Shown in pieces: positions 1 through 10,043 of a stretch of DNA of 64,000 nucleotides; the first letter of the stretch is position 1, and each line of letters opens with the position of its first letter. Origin of the DNA: Pirellulales bacterium (GTDB lineage: Bacteria; Planctomycetota; Planctomycetia; Pirellulales; PALSA-1355). The notes beneath the pieces were generated by a model, which saw nothing but the letters and a program-made list of their open reading frames with translations, was not told where the DNA came from and searched no databases. The stretch spans positions 128,001 to 192,000 of the forward strand of contig CAVTBU010000005.1 of the NCBI GenBank assembly GCA_963733035.1, in the 5' to 3' direction. Both the position numbers and the translations under genes were made by a program.

Positions 1-1440
1 GGCAATGGCGGGCGTCGCCACAACGCTTGCGCCCATATCGTTGATCGCGAGTACTTCGTAGTCCGCATCGTCCTTCAGCACGGTAATCATGCCATTTTCG
101 CCAGCCACATAGATCTTTCCATTCCCGGAAACCGGCGAGGCGAAATAATCGCTGGCGCTGGCGATGCGTTTTGGACCTCGTAGTGGCTCGCCGGTGTGGA
201 TGTCGAACACCGTCGTAATGCCACCCCCTTTCAGTAGCAGCATACGACCGTCGGAAATAAAGGGCGAGACAATATGGTCGGTGTACTTGGTCCGGTGTTT
301 CCAGAGCACGTGTGAGTCGGTCACGTCTCCGCTACCTCCGCCGCGGACAGCCAGAATGAATTCGTCGGCGGCCGCATCGCCGCTCGACGTAAACGTAGCC
401 CCCGCAAAGTTATCAGGATGCAAGAAGGCCGCGTCCAATTCAGCTCCTTCCAAGAAGCCGTCGTGGTTTGCATCGCCGCGGCCGAAAGTCTTCTCGAAAA
501 ACGCTGCGGGAATTGGCATCTTGCCGACAAATGCCTGAACCTCTGCCTTGTCGATCTTGCCATCGCTGTTTCCGGTCTCTGCCTGGTCGACCGAGACCAA
601 CCACTGATTTGCAATACCGCCACTTTGCACTGAAATATAGATGATGCCTTCCGAACAGACCGGCGTCGTCTTGATGTTTCGCAGCAGCGTCTTGGCATAC
701 CAACGGCGTTGGCCGTTCCGCGGATCATAACCGATCAACAGGCCCGTTCCCGCAACCACGATCTCATCGCGTCCGTCGACGGTATTGATGACGGGATGCG
801 AGTAGTTCACCGCCATGTCGATCCGCTCGTCCTTCCATCGCAACGCGCCACTCCGCCGATCAAACGCGTACATTGCCGGATTAAGATCATCGTCTTGGCA
901 AAACAACAGCATGTCGCGATAGATGACTGGAGACATTCCAGCGCCCCACTTGAAAACGAAGAACGGCACAGGAAGCGGTTGCTGCCAAACATCGGAACCC
1001 GAGCGCGCGTCGACCGCGAGCATGCCGAGCGAGCTGAAATAGAAATAGACACGCTCGCCATCCGCGGCGGGGGTTGAACTCGCGTGGCTGTTGGTCTGAT
1101 GTACCTCTGGCAGTTCGCCGCTCGGCCAGTCTCGGCGCCAGAGTTTCTTACCCGTCTCGGCGTCAAACGCGAAGAGGCTGATGGTTTGCTCGCCGGTCAT
1201 GCCACTAACAAACACCCGGCCGTCGACCACAATTGCTCCGCCCACGCCATCGCCCACGGGGACAGACCAGCGCACATTTTCGGTACCCGAAAACTCCACG
1301 GGCAGCGCCTCGGAGGTGGCTGAAATACCGGTGCAATTGGGGCCGCGAAATTGCGGCCAGTCGTCGGCTCGCGATGAGAGAACGCCACACGACAAACCCA
1401 TCAGCATCAAGGCCAAAACGACGCGACTTTGGTGGACCAT
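1..1440 (-). CDS. Secreted PQQ-binding-like (BamB-type) beta-propeller protein with EF-hand-like insert; 3' end runs off the window
   Basis: Not in the ORF track (no stop in window). Manual translation from ATG 1440: MVHQSRVVLALMLMGLSCGVLSSRADDWPQFRGPNCTGIS (signal peptide + DWPQFRGP motif) ... GDANHDGFLEGAELD ... YFASPVSGNGKIYV ... VVATPAIA. Confidence 0.85.
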   Translation of the reverse strand, partial: MVHQSRVVLALMLMGLSCGVLSSRADDWPQFRGPNCTGISATSEALPVEFSGTENVRWSVPVGDGVGGAIVVDGRVFVSGMTGEQTISLFAFDAETGKKLWRRDWPSGELPEVHQTNSHASSTPAADGERVYFYFSSLGMLAVDARSGSDVWQQPLPVPFFVFKWGAGMSPVIYRDMLLFCQDDDLNPAMYAFDRRSGALRWKDERIDMAVNYSHPVINTVDGRDEIVVAGTGLLIGYDPRNGQRRWYAKTLLRNIKTTPVCSEGIIYISVQSGGIANQWLVSVDQAETGNSDGKIDKAEVQAFVGKMPIPAAFFEKTFGRGDANHDGFLEGAELDAAFLHPDNFAGATFTSSGDAAADEFILAVRGGGSGDVTDSHVLWKHRTKYTDHIVSPFISDGRMLLLKGGGITTVFDIHTGEPLRGPKRIASASDYFASPVSGNGKIYVAGENGMITVLKDDADYEVLAINDMGASVVATPAIA

Positions 1441-1574
1441 CCGGACATCCCAATTGCGCTGGTGGTCAATTTTGGTAAGCGTCATGCCGCGTCTCCCGTA
1501 AACTGGGGCCAAGGTGTTTGCGATCAGTCAGATCCTCCCTGCCGTTCTAAGTGTCGTTCATCCCGTAGCCGACT

Positions 1575-2276
1575 TCAACCAGGCACAGATTCTTCCAGCG
1601 CGGCACGAAATTGCAGGCGGATCATGGAACGCGCACGTTCGATGTCGCGGTCGCGAATCGCGTGAAACAGTTCGCGATGTTCCCAAATGATCCGTTCGGA
1701 CGAAGCGGACGATTTCTCACCGTAGGGAACAATTTGGAAAAACTGGACCAGGACCTGCTGCATCCCTGCGATCATTCGCGAACCGGTCATCCGCAGGATT
1801 TCCGCATGAAACTCCAGATCCAGCGCCACGGCATGGGCCGATTGATAGTCTTCACGCAGCGCATGCTCCATCTGGCTGGCGATCTCTTCCAAACGCTCGA
1901 TTTGTTTGTCGGTCGCGTTACGGGTGGCAAGTTCGATCGCACCAACTTCCAGCGCGTAGCGAAGTTGGGCCAGCTCGCGCCAATCGTCGGGCGCGGCGGC
2001 AAGCGACGGTAAACTACTCGACAATAGACGTAGCGGATCAGGATGCCGCACAAGCAAACCCTTGCGTTTACGGCCCTCGAGGATGCCCAAGGCCTGCAAA
2101 CGGCTCACGGCCTCGCGTGCGACCGTGCGCGAAACGCCGTATTCCGCTGCAAGTTGAGTCTCGGTCATGAAGAAGCTACCGTCGGCCAATTGCTCTCGTT
2201 GGACGCGTCGGCGAATCGTCTCGGCAAGTTCCTCCGCCTGAGGCGCGAGACGCGAGACCTGAACAGTTGCGTTCAT
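1575..2276 (-). CDS. FadR/GntR family transcriptional regulator (HTH + FCD domain)
   Basis: ETQLAAEYGVSRTVAREAVSRL winged HTH; LRYALE...DLEFH...EHRELFHAI FCD-type motifs. Confidence 0.92.
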   Translation of the reverse strand: MNATVQVSRLAPQAEELAETIRRRVQREQLADGSFFMTETQLAAEYGVSRTVAREAVSRLQALGILEGRKRKGLLVRHPDPLRLLSSSLPSLAAAPDDWRELAQLRYALEVGAIELATRNATDKQIERLEEIASQMEHALREDYQSAHAVALDLEFHAEILRMTGSRMIAGMQQVLVQFFQIVPYGEKSSASSERIIWEHRELFHAIRDRDIERARSMIRLQFRAALEESVPG

Positions 2277-2310
2277 TTAATCATTACCTCCGATCAGCAA
2301 TCGTACCGAT

Positions 2311-2339
2311 TTGACGATGATTTTGCCAATAAGTAGGAT
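2311..2339 (+). promoter_or_regulatory. Putative sigma70 promoter for the propeller operon
   Basis: TTGACG (2311-2316), 17-nt spacer, TAGGAT (2334-2339), ~60 nt upstream of the ATG at 2398; short inverted repeat AATCG-tac-CGATT (2299-2311) abuts the -35. Confidence 0.6.
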
Positions 2340-2397
2340 TTGTTTCCACCTGAGCACCTGGCATAACGCCAGGCGATGCGTATTCCAGGAGACAATC

Positions 2398-3954
2398 ATG
2401 AAACGTCTGTTGTGCGTCGCCTTGCTCACAAGCGCCTGTGGGACAGTATCCGCCGACGAGTTGGTCGATGTTGCGAAAATTGACTCCCGGCGCGAGCTAC
2501 TAGTCGACGATTGGCTTGTTAAAGACTTAACCGGCGGTGCGGAGTTGCGATTACATCACCCGACACCTCGAAACGTTGCTCTGGTTACCGGCGAGCCTTG
2601 GGAAGGGAATGCGACCAATTATGTGACCGTGTTCCAAGACGGCGACAAGTACAGGATGTACTACCGAGGCAGCCACGCTTCGTATCTCGACGGGAAGGAT
2701 CGCCCGAACACGCGCGATGTCTATTGCTATGCCGAAAGTCCGGACGGAATCCGTTGGACAAAACCCGACCTGGGGCTATTTGAGTGGGACGGGTCGAAGC
2801 GCAACAACATCGTGTGGGATGGCGTCGGTTCTCACGCATTCGTACCTTTTCGCGATACAAATCCCGAGTGTTCGGCAGATGCAAAGTACAAGGCGCTCGG
2901 CGTCGGCGGCAAACACGGCCTATACGTATTTAAATCGCCCGACGCGATCCACTGGGCGTTGATGCAGCCGGAGCCTGTCATTACCAAGGGCGCTTTCGAC
3001 TCCCAGAACCTTGCGTTCTGGGACGCGCAGCGCGGCGAGTATCGCGAATTCCACCGAGACTTTCGCGAAGGTCGCGATATCCGTACGGCCACGTCCAAAG
3101 ATTTCTTGCATTGGACAGAGCCTGAGTTTCTGAGCTATTCGGCAAACGTTCATCCGGGCCATCGCGACCGTCTGCCGGATGACGTCAAGGATCCCGTCGG
3201 AGCCAAGTATCCGCCCGGCCGGGTAAGTGAGCTTTATACCAATCAAATTGCTCCTTACTTTCGCGCACCGCACATCTTGCTGGGCTTTCCAACGCGGTAC
3301 ATCGACCGAGGCTGGACCGAGTCGGCCAAAGCCCTGCCGCGTTACGAATATCGCCAGATTCGCGCCAAGCGCTCCACGCGTGAAGGAACCGCCTTGACCG
3401 ATGGCATGCTGATCACCAGTCGCGACCGGATACATTTCTCGGTCTGGCCCGAGTCGTTCCTGCGGCCGGGCTTGCGAACGCGAGATAGTTGGTTTTACGG
3501 CGACACTTACCAAAACTGGGGGTTGCTGGAAACCAAATCCGACATCGAAGACGCGCCGCGCGAGCTCTCCCTCTTCGTTACCGAACGAACGCTGCAGGAA
3601 ACTGGCGGTGTGCTGCGGCGCTACACGTTGCGCATAGACGGCTTCGTGTCGCTACATGCGCCGCTGCTCGGAGGCACGATGACAACGCGGCCTCTATCGT
3701 TTTCCGGCAAGGAGCTCTCGCTGAATGTCGCAACTTCCGCCGCGGGCGCCGTCCGCGTCGAAATTCAAGATGCCCAAGGCCAACCGTTTCCCGACCTCGC
3801 GCTGGCCGACTGCGATGAAGTCTATGGCGATGACCTGGATCGTACCGTGACATGGAAAGGGAATTCGGACGTGGCTGGCCTGAGCGGTCGGGCCGTGCGG
3901 CTGGTATTTGAGGTCAAAGATGCCGACTTGTACGCATTTCAATTTCACGATTGA
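2398..3954 (+). CDS. Secreted five-bladed beta-propeller protein (GH32/GH43/GH130-like fold), function unknown
   Basis: GGAG RBS, then MKRLLCVALLTSACGTVSADE signal peptide; repeated SxDGxxW motifs (SPDGIRW, SPDAIHW, SKDFLHW); AFDSQN; LRIDGFVS; ends DADLYAFQF. Confidence 0.75.
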   Translation: MKRLLCVALLTSACGTVSADELVDVAKIDSRRELLVDDWLVKDLTGGAELRLHHPTPRNVALVTGEPWEGNATNYVTVFQDGDKYRMYYRGSHASYLDGKDRPNTRDVYCYAESPDGIRWTKPDLGLFEWDGSKRNNIVWDGVGSHAFVPFRDTNPECSADAKYKALGVGGKHGLYVFKSPDAIHWALMQPEPVITKGAFDSQNLAFWDAQRGEYREFHRDFREGRDIRTATSKDFLHWTEPEFLSYSANVHPGHRDRLPDDVKDPVGAKYPPGRVSELYTNQIAPYFRAPHILLGFPTRYIDRGWTESAKALPRYEYRQIRAKRSTREGTALTDGMLITSRDRIHFSVWPESFLRPGLRTRDSWFYGDTYQNWGLLETKSDIEDAPRELSLFVTERTLQETGGVLRRYTLRIDGFVSLHAPLLGGTMTTRPLSFSGKELSLNVATSAAGAVRVEIQDAQGQPFPDLALADCDEVYGDDLDRTVTWKGNSDVAGLSGRAVRLVFEVKDADLYAFQFHD

Positions 3955-3978
3955 CGATTGACTACCTGAGGTGACTGG

Positions 3979-5757
3979 ATGCGACGTTTACTGTTGCTGG
4001 CCCTGCTGATACTGAATGCGGGTTCGGTTCTTGGCCAGGAGCAAGCCAGGCTAATTGAAGTTCGCAAGATCTGGGATGCCGCGCCCCACAACGCTTTCAC
4101 CGACCTGATTCGCTTTCGGGATCATTGGTATTGCGTTTTTAGAGAAGGTGCGGGGCACGTCTCGCCGGACGGCGCCTTGCGCGTCATCACGTCGGCCGAC
4201 GGCAAGAAATGGGAATCGGCAGCGCTCGTCACTTCTCCGAGTTCGGATCTGCGCGACGCCAAAATCTCAATCACTCCCGACGGTCAACTCATGCTGAGTG
4301 GTGCCGGAGCACTGCACGACAAGTCCGAACATACGCACCAGTCATTGGCGTGGTTTTCGAAAGACGGCCACACCTGGAGCGAGGCCCACGCCATCGGAGA
4401 TCCCGATTTCTGGCTCTGGCGCGTGACCTGGCACAAAGGCAAGGCCTACGGCATTGGCTATAGCTGCGGCGAGGACCGTTCGGTACGACTCTACTCCAGT
4501 AGCGATGGCAAGTCGTTCGATACGCTCGTGAAACGTCTACATGACGTGGGCTATCCCAACGAAACATCGCTCGTGTTTGCAGGGGACACCTGCTACTGCC
4601 TGCTGCGGCGCAACGCGCAGCCTAACACCGGCCTGCTGGGAATTTCAGAGCCCCCTTACACCAAGTGGGAGTGGAAAGATTTGGGCGTACGCATTGGCGG
4701 ACCTCATATGATTCGCTTGCCCGACGGAAGGTTCGTCGCGGCCGTGCGGCTTTACGATGGCAAAACGCGAACCTCGCTCGCCTGGGTCGATCCCAATTCC
4801 GGCAAGCTTACCGAGTTCCTCAAGCTGCCATCGGGTGGCGACACAAGTTACGCCGGACTGGTTCTCCACGAGGGCCTGCTGTGGGTCAGCTATTACTCAT
4901 CGCACGAGGGCAAGACCAGCATCTATCTGGCAAAGGTGCAATTGCCTCCGGCCGAATCGCTCTCGCTTGCTCCCGATGTGCGACAGCGCTGCATGAACAC
5001 GTTGCGGAATGCGCTCGACTCGGAGGAGTTCTGGCCGGCTATGCACGCCGCCGAGGCACTGACGCTGGCCGGTGCGGGCGACAACGTCGTGGCGGCACTG
5101 GCCGACCGACTGCCGGTGGAACGAGACGACCAGCACCGCTGTGGCCTGGCTCGCGAACTCGTCCGCGCTGGCGACCGCAGTAAGCTGCCAGTTCTGTTCG
5201 ATATTCTGGGCGATGCCAATTCCTCGGGCCGAGTCCACGCGGCGGAAAGTCTCTACAAGATCGCCGAATCAGGCGACGGCACGCAGTTGCGCGCCGCATT
5301 CTCACAAACGCAAGACCCAAAACTCCGACTCATGGCTGCCGCTGCCCTGGCACGAGCGGGCGATGTGGGCGCACTTGAATTCCTGCGTAAGCAACTGCGG
5401 TCCGAGGATCGATCGTCGCGCAATTTGGCTGCATTTGCATTGGCGCGTTTAGGTGACGACTCCGACGTCGGGCCGCTAAACGTCGCCCTCCAGCGCGAAG
5501 CGGACGATATGGGGCGGGCCTTTCTTATCAGTGCACTGACAAGCCTGGGGAATGCAAAGGGGCGTGAGGAATTGGGGCGCAATCTTGACTCGGCGGATCC
5601 CGCCGCGCGAGCATTGTTGGTGGAGTCCGTCGGGTACGGTCGATGCCCGGAATGTCGAGCTGCGCTCGTACGGCTCCTCGATGACCCTGTGCTCGATGTT
5701 CGGGTACGCGCCGCGCAGTCGCTTCTTGCTCTGTCGCTTTCCGCCACGCAACAGTGA
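3979..5757 (+). CDS. Secreted sialidase-like (BNR) propeller fused to C-terminal HEAT repeats
   Basis: Signal peptide; HNAFTDL, SADGKKW, SKDGHTW, SSDGKSF, GGDTSY; C-terminal half helical repeats (RVHAAESL, RLMAAAAL, VRVRAAQSL). Confidence 0.75.
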   Translation: MRRLLLLALLILNAGSVLGQEQARLIEVRKIWDAAPHNAFTDLIRFRDHWYCVFREGAGHVSPDGALRVITSADGKKWESAALVTSPSSDLRDAKISITPDGQLMLSGAGALHDKSEHTHQSLAWFSKDGHTWSEAHAIGDPDFWLWRVTWHKGKAYGIGYSCGEDRSVRLYSSSDGKSFDTLVKRLHDVGYPNETSLVFAGDTCYCLLRRNAQPNTGLLGISEPPYTKWEWKDLGVRIGGPHMIRLPDGRFVAAVRLYDGKTRTSLAWVDPNSGKLTEFLKLPSGGDTSYAGLVLHEGLLWVSYYSSHEGKTSIYLAKVQLPPAESLSLAPDVRQRCMNTLRNALDSEEFWPAMHAAEALTLAGAGDNVVAALADRLPVERDDQHRCGLARELVRAGDRSKLPVLFDILGDANSSGRVHAAESLYKIAESGDGTQLRAAFSQTQDPKLRLMAAAALARAGDVGALEFLRKQLRSEDRSSRNLAAFALARLGDDSDVGPLNVALQREADDMGRAFLISALTSLGNAKGREELGRNLDSADPAARALLVESVGYGRCPECRAALVRLLDDPVLDVRVRAAQSLLALSLSATQQ

Positions 5758-5863
5758 ATCTAGCGAGCAGTGTTTCAAATCGTATCTAGCCAAACAGCAA
5801 TCTCCATGCGAACGTTCGCGAGCTCGTCGCCGATCGAAAACGAAGCCAGGACAACAAACGGCA

Positions 5864-7015
5864 ATGTTCGCGCTTGAAGAACAGGGAACGATCTTCAACG
5901 CTGCCGACCAACCCCGGGAGCACCGGATCGCGTATTTTACGTCGCTGTGTGTTCTCCGCTGCGGGACCATCCTGGCGGGCTTTCAAAACGGCCCAGAAAA
6001 GCACGCCCCGACCGGCACCATTCGATTGTGCCGTTCCGTGGACGGGGGCCGGACTTGGGACTTGCTGCCCTTTGAATTCGAGACACGGCTCGATGGCGTT
6101 CCAGGCTCACTGGCAACCGTCGAACTTGTCGAGAGCGAGCCTGGGAGGTTGCTTTTGTTTGCCACCTGGTTTGACCGCAGCGATCCCGATCGCCCCCTTT
6201 TTGACCCGATCACCGAGGGGATCCTGAAATCGAAGCAACTACTTTCCGCTTCCACAGACAACGGCTCGACATGGTGTGGCTGGCGCGAGCTATCAACCGG
6301 CCGCCTCAAGGGATGCTCGATAACCGGCCCGGTTCTGCGCTGGGATGACGGCACACTCGCGCTGGCTTTCGAGAGCTTCAAGGAATTTGACGATCCACGG
6401 CCTGGAAGTCATGCGGTATGGCTGCTTGTCTCGCGCGATGGCGGCGAGTCGTTCGGTTCGCCGGTGCTCGTCGCACAGCATCCAGAGAACAAAATCTACT
6501 ACTGGGATCAGCGACTATGCGCGGGGCAAGAGCCCGGTGAGTTCACGGCGCTATTCTGGACCCACGACCTCGCTCAGAAGCGCGATCTCAACGTTCATCT
6601 GCGACATGGCTTTGTCAGGGAGGGTGCGATCGTGGCCAGTCCCATCCGCGCCACCACGATTCCCGGCCAGATCGCCGCGCCGGTAGAGCTTGACGATGGT
6701 CGTAAATTGGCTTTTGTAGTGAATCGCGGGCGCCCCGGAACGATGACGCTGTGGTATTCGCCTGACCGGGGCGAAACCTGGCCAGCGGCCGATCGGCAAA
6801 TAGTCTACACCCACGAGGAACGTGCGGCCATCACGCAAGGCTCGGAGGACATCGACTTCAAACAATACTGGGAAGACATGGGCAAATGGAGCTTCGGGCA
6901 TCCAGCCATCCGCCTGCTCGGTGATCGTCGCTTGCTGCTGGCCTGGTACGCCGGATCGCCCGATTGCATGAGCCTGCGTTGGGCTCGCATGCTTCTCCAA
7001 ACGAGGGCCGAGTAA
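5864..7015 (+). CDS. Cytoplasmic sialidase-family (Asp-box) propeller protein
   Basis: Four Asp-boxes: SVDGGRTW, STDNGSTW, SRDGGESF, SPDRGETW; FGHP near C-terminus; ATG 5864 chosen to avoid overlap with the upstream gene; no signal peptide. Confidence 0.78.
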   Translation: MFALEEQGTIFNAADQPREHRIAYFTSLCVLRCGTILAGFQNGPEKHAPTGTIRLCRSVDGGRTWDLLPFEFETRLDGVPGSLATVELVESEPGRLLLFATWFDRSDPDRPLFDPITEGILKSKQLLSASTDNGSTWCGWRELSTGRLKGCSITGPVLRWDDGTLALAFESFKEFDDPRPGSHAVWLLVSRDGGESFGSPVLVAQHPENKIYYWDQRLCAGQEPGEFTALFWTHDLAQKRDLNVHLRHGFVREGAIVASPIRATTIPGQIAAPVELDDGRKLAFVVNRGRPGTMTLWYSPDRGETWPAADRQIVYTHEERAAITQGSEDIDFKQYWEDMGKWSFGHPAIRLLGDRRLLLAWYAGSPDCMSLRWARMLLQTRAE

Positions 7016-8019
7016 TGGCTGACTGGCTCGTCACAGACACCGATCGCGACTTGTTCGACCGCGAACTCGATGATTTTGTTCCACCGACCGTTTTTGACGC
7101 GCACGCTCACTGGTACCGCGCCGATCACTTTCCAGTCGACTCGGCCCCGGCCCTCGTGAAGTCGGGACCGGCCGTGGCGGGAAGCGACGCTTTCGACAAC
7201 GCGATCGAGCAGTTGATTCCGAATCGTCGCACGGAGGGCCTTTTCTTTCCCCTGCCCGACGAGCACGTGGAAGTCGACGCGGCTAATGAGTTTCTGTTTC
7301 AGCAATGTCGCCAGCGGACGAAATCGCGCGGACAAATGCTAGTGACTCCTACCCAGGATCCCGAATTCATTCGAGAAACAGTGCGTCGCTGCGGTTTCGT
7401 GGGCCTCAAGTGCTACCACGTTTTTTCGTCACGCCGTCCTACTTTTGAGTCCTTGATCGAAGATTTCCTCCCAGAATCGCACGTCGCCGTTGCGCACGAC
7501 GAAGGCCTGATGATCACGCTGCACATGGTCCGCTCGCGAGCGTTGGCGGACGAGGCCAATCAGCAAACGATTCGCCGCTACTGCAATCGTTATCCGAACA
7601 TGCGGCTGATCCTGGCCCATGCCGCGCGGGGATTTAATCCTCATCACACGATTCTGGGCATTGAATCATTGCGCGGCCTCGGAAACGTCTGGTTCGATAC
7701 CTCGGCCGTCACCGACTCCGGCGCCATTGAGGCGATCATTCTCGCCCTTGGTCACAAACGCGTGCTCTACGGGTCGGACTTTCCCGTGTCGCATGTGCGA
7801 GGCCGTTGCGTTTCGCTCGGCGATAGCTTCTTCTGGATTTCAGACTCGAATACCGACCTCAATGTCCCCTACGCCGACTTGCAACTCGGCCTTGTGGGTC
7901 ACGAGTCGCTCCGCACGCTAAAAATCGCGGCGATGTCGCTACGCCTGACAGATCAGCAGATTGAAGACATTTTCCACCGCAACGCGACGCGACTTCTTGG
8001 TCTGGCAGATATGGCGTGA
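7015..8019 (+). CDS. Amidohydrolase_2 family metal-dependent hydrolase
   Basis: DAHAH, GLKCYH, LAH, DTS and YGSDFP motifs; TAATG coupling with the upstream gene. Confidence 0.88.
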   Translation: MADWLVTDTDRDLFDRELDDFVPPTVFDAHAHWYRADHFPVDSAPALVKSGPAVAGSDAFDNAIEQLIPNRRTEGLFFPLPDEHVEVDAANEFLFQQCRQRTKSRGQMLVTPTQDPEFIRETVRRCGFVGLKCYHVFSSRRPTFESLIEDFLPESHVAVAHDEGLMITLHMVRSRALADEANQQTIRRYCNRYPNMRLILAHAARGFNPHHTILGIESLRGLGNVWFDTSAVTDSGAIEAIILALGHKRVLYGSDFPVSHVRGRCVSLGDSFFWISDSNTDLNVPYADLQLGLVGHESLRTLKIAAMSLRLTDQQIEDIFHRNATRLLGLADMA

Positions 8020-8140
8020 CGTCATCAATCGCTTCCCGCCAGCGATGAATTCATTTGGTTGCGACGCCGGCACCGCGGGGATACGATTGACTGCGCTACC
8101 GCGTGGCAATGCAGCTTGACGTCGAGGAGTTTTCATTCGC

Positions 8141-9757
8141 ATGGTCCGTTCGAAGCTAGCCGACAGAATTCAGCCGAATGTCGAACCTCGTGCGGGCGGC
8201 GTCAGAGCGTCAGGCTTACACCGTGCATGCTGTCGGCCAGTGTTGGTCTTGCTGGTCGCTATTATGCCGTTGATGGCGCGAAGCGAGGAAACGGACGCCG
8301 GCCGAAACATGTTGGACATCGGCTCGCAGCGCGAGCTATTTGTCGATGACTTTCTGATCGAACGGTTGAGCGACGATGCGCGGCTGCAGCTCCATCATCC
8401 GACACCGCGCGAAATAGCACTTGTGCACGATGCCCCCTGGGAAGGAACTGGCAGCGGCTACCACAGTGTGTTTCGAGACGGCGACCGCTACCGCATGTAC
8501 TACAAGGCCTGGCACCTCAACGTCCAACAGGGGAAACTCGACACCGGCCGCCATCCTCTGTACTGCTGCTACGCCGAAAGCCACGACGGAAGACACTGGC
8601 GAAAACCCGACTTAGCCCTGTACGAGATTGAAGGCTCAACGAAAAACAACGTCGTTATGGTCAGCGGAACAGAGGGTCCGCTGAGCGTCGATGCCGGTCA
8701 CCCTGCAGTCTTCAAGGACGACAATCCCAACGCATCGCCCGATGCACGGTACAAAGCAATCTTTCGTTCTTCCGGCACCAGTGGCTTGCTCCCCTTCAAG
8801 TCGCCAGATGGCATCCATTGGTCTCCCATGAGTTCGGCACCGATCCTTGGCGGGCTCGGCGCATTCGACTCACAAAACCTCGCATTCTGGGACACCTCCC
8901 TCGGCCAGTATCGCGCGTACTGGCGCATCTTCACCGATGGCGTACGCGCCATTCGAACAGCGACGTCCAACGATCTGCTTCAGTGGAGTGAGCCGCACGA
9001 CTTAACCTACGTCGATTCGCCACCCGAGCACCTCTACACCAACCAGGTCAAGCCATACTACCGCGCCCCGCACCTATTGATCGGGTTCCCCACGCGCTAT
9101 GTCGACCGTGGTTGGTCGGACTCCATGAAGGCACTGCCCGAATTGGAACATCGGCGCTTGCGCTCCTCGTCGACCGAACGATACGGAACCGCGATCACCG
9201 AAGGATTGCTGATGGCCGGGCGCGACGGCGTGAGATTCAAACGCTGGAACGAAGCGTTTCTACGCCCGGGAATTGAACGACCTGGCACGTGGAACTACGG
9301 AAACCAATACATCGCCTGGCACGTCGTCGAAACAGAGTCCGCATTGGAAGGCGCTCCGAACGAGCTTTCGCTTTATGCCACGGAGAGCTATTGGACCGGC
9401 AAAGGCAGTGCGCTGCGCCGCTACACGTTGCGCCTAGACGGTTTCGTATCGGTCAATGCCCCCATGAGCGGCGGGGAGCTTGTGACAAAACTCTTCCGCT
9501 TTGACGGCCGGCGGTTGTGTTTGAATTTTGCAACCTCGGCTGCCGGCGGCCTCCGCGTCGAAATCCAACGACCAGACGGTCAGCCCGTCCCAGGATTCGC
9601 TTTGGCAGACTGTAGCGAAGTGTTCGGCGATTCACTGGATCGAGCCGTGACCTGGAAGAATGGAACGGATGTCAGTTCCTTGAGCGGTCAGCCCGTGCGG
9701 CTGCGGTTCGTGCTAAAGGACGCGGACCTTTACGCTTTGCAGTTCGCAAAAGACTAA
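8141..9757 (+). CDS. Secreted five-bladed propeller protein, paralog of 2398-3954 (start uncertain)
   Basis: Shares RELFVDD, HHPTPR, PWEG, CYAES.DG..W.KPDL, AFDSQNLAFWD, LYTNQ..PY.RAPH, GFPTRY.DRGW, RRYTLR.DGFVS, DADLYA.QF with 2398-3954. Confidence 0.78.
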   Translation: MVRSKLADRIQPNVEPRAGGVRASGLHRACCRPVLVLLVAIMPLMARSEETDAGRNMLDIGSQRELFVDDFLIERLSDDARLQLHHPTPREIALVHDAPWEGTGSGYHSVFRDGDRYRMYYKAWHLNVQQGKLDTGRHPLYCCYAESHDGRHWRKPDLALYEIEGSTKNNVVMVSGTEGPLSVDAGHPAVFKDDNPNASPDARYKAIFRSSGTSGLLPFKSPDGIHWSPMSSAPILGGLGAFDSQNLAFWDTSLGQYRAYWRIFTDGVRAIRTATSNDLLQWSEPHDLTYVDSPPEHLYTNQVKPYYRAPHLLIGFPTRYVDRGWSDSMKALPELEHRRLRSSSTERYGTAITEGLLMAGRDGVRFKRWNEAFLRPGIERPGTWNYGNQYIAWHVVETESALEGAPNELSLYATESYWTGKGSALRRYTLRLDGFVSVNAPMSGGELVTKLFRFDGRRLCLNFATSAAGGLRVEIQRPDGQPVPGFALADCSEVFGDSLDRAVTWKNGTDVSSLSGQPVRLRFVLKDADLYALQFAKD

Positions 9758-9774
9758 GCGGGAGGAGTGACGGC

Positions 9775-10011
9775 GTGAAACACTTGAATCTTCTGGCGGT
9801 CACGTGCCTGCTGATCTCGACCGCGGTTCCGGCAGCCTGCTTGGCCGAGAAGGCACTCTGGATTCATCCGAATTGCAAGCCCCTGCCGACCGACAAGCTT
9901 GGTCCCTTTGTACACACAAGCCGCGGCGTGCTGGCCATTGACACCCGATCAAGCTATGTCAGTGACGACGGCGGTCGAACCTGGTCGGAGCCAGGAAAGC
10001 CGGCTCGATGA
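9775..10011 (+). pseudogene. Truncated 5' remnant of a secreted sialidase-family gene
   Basis: Strong RBS (GGAGGAG), GTG start, signal peptide, LGPFV motif and a single Asp-box SDDGGRTW, then a stop after 78 aa. Confidence 0.6.
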
Positions 10012-10043
10012 GATGCAACGGCCAGTCTATCAAGAGACGGATC

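Noticed and set aside
1..1440. PQQ-dependent dehydrogenase or true BamB
   Set aside because: Only generic propeller motifs seen; no clear dehydrogenase signature or bam gene context
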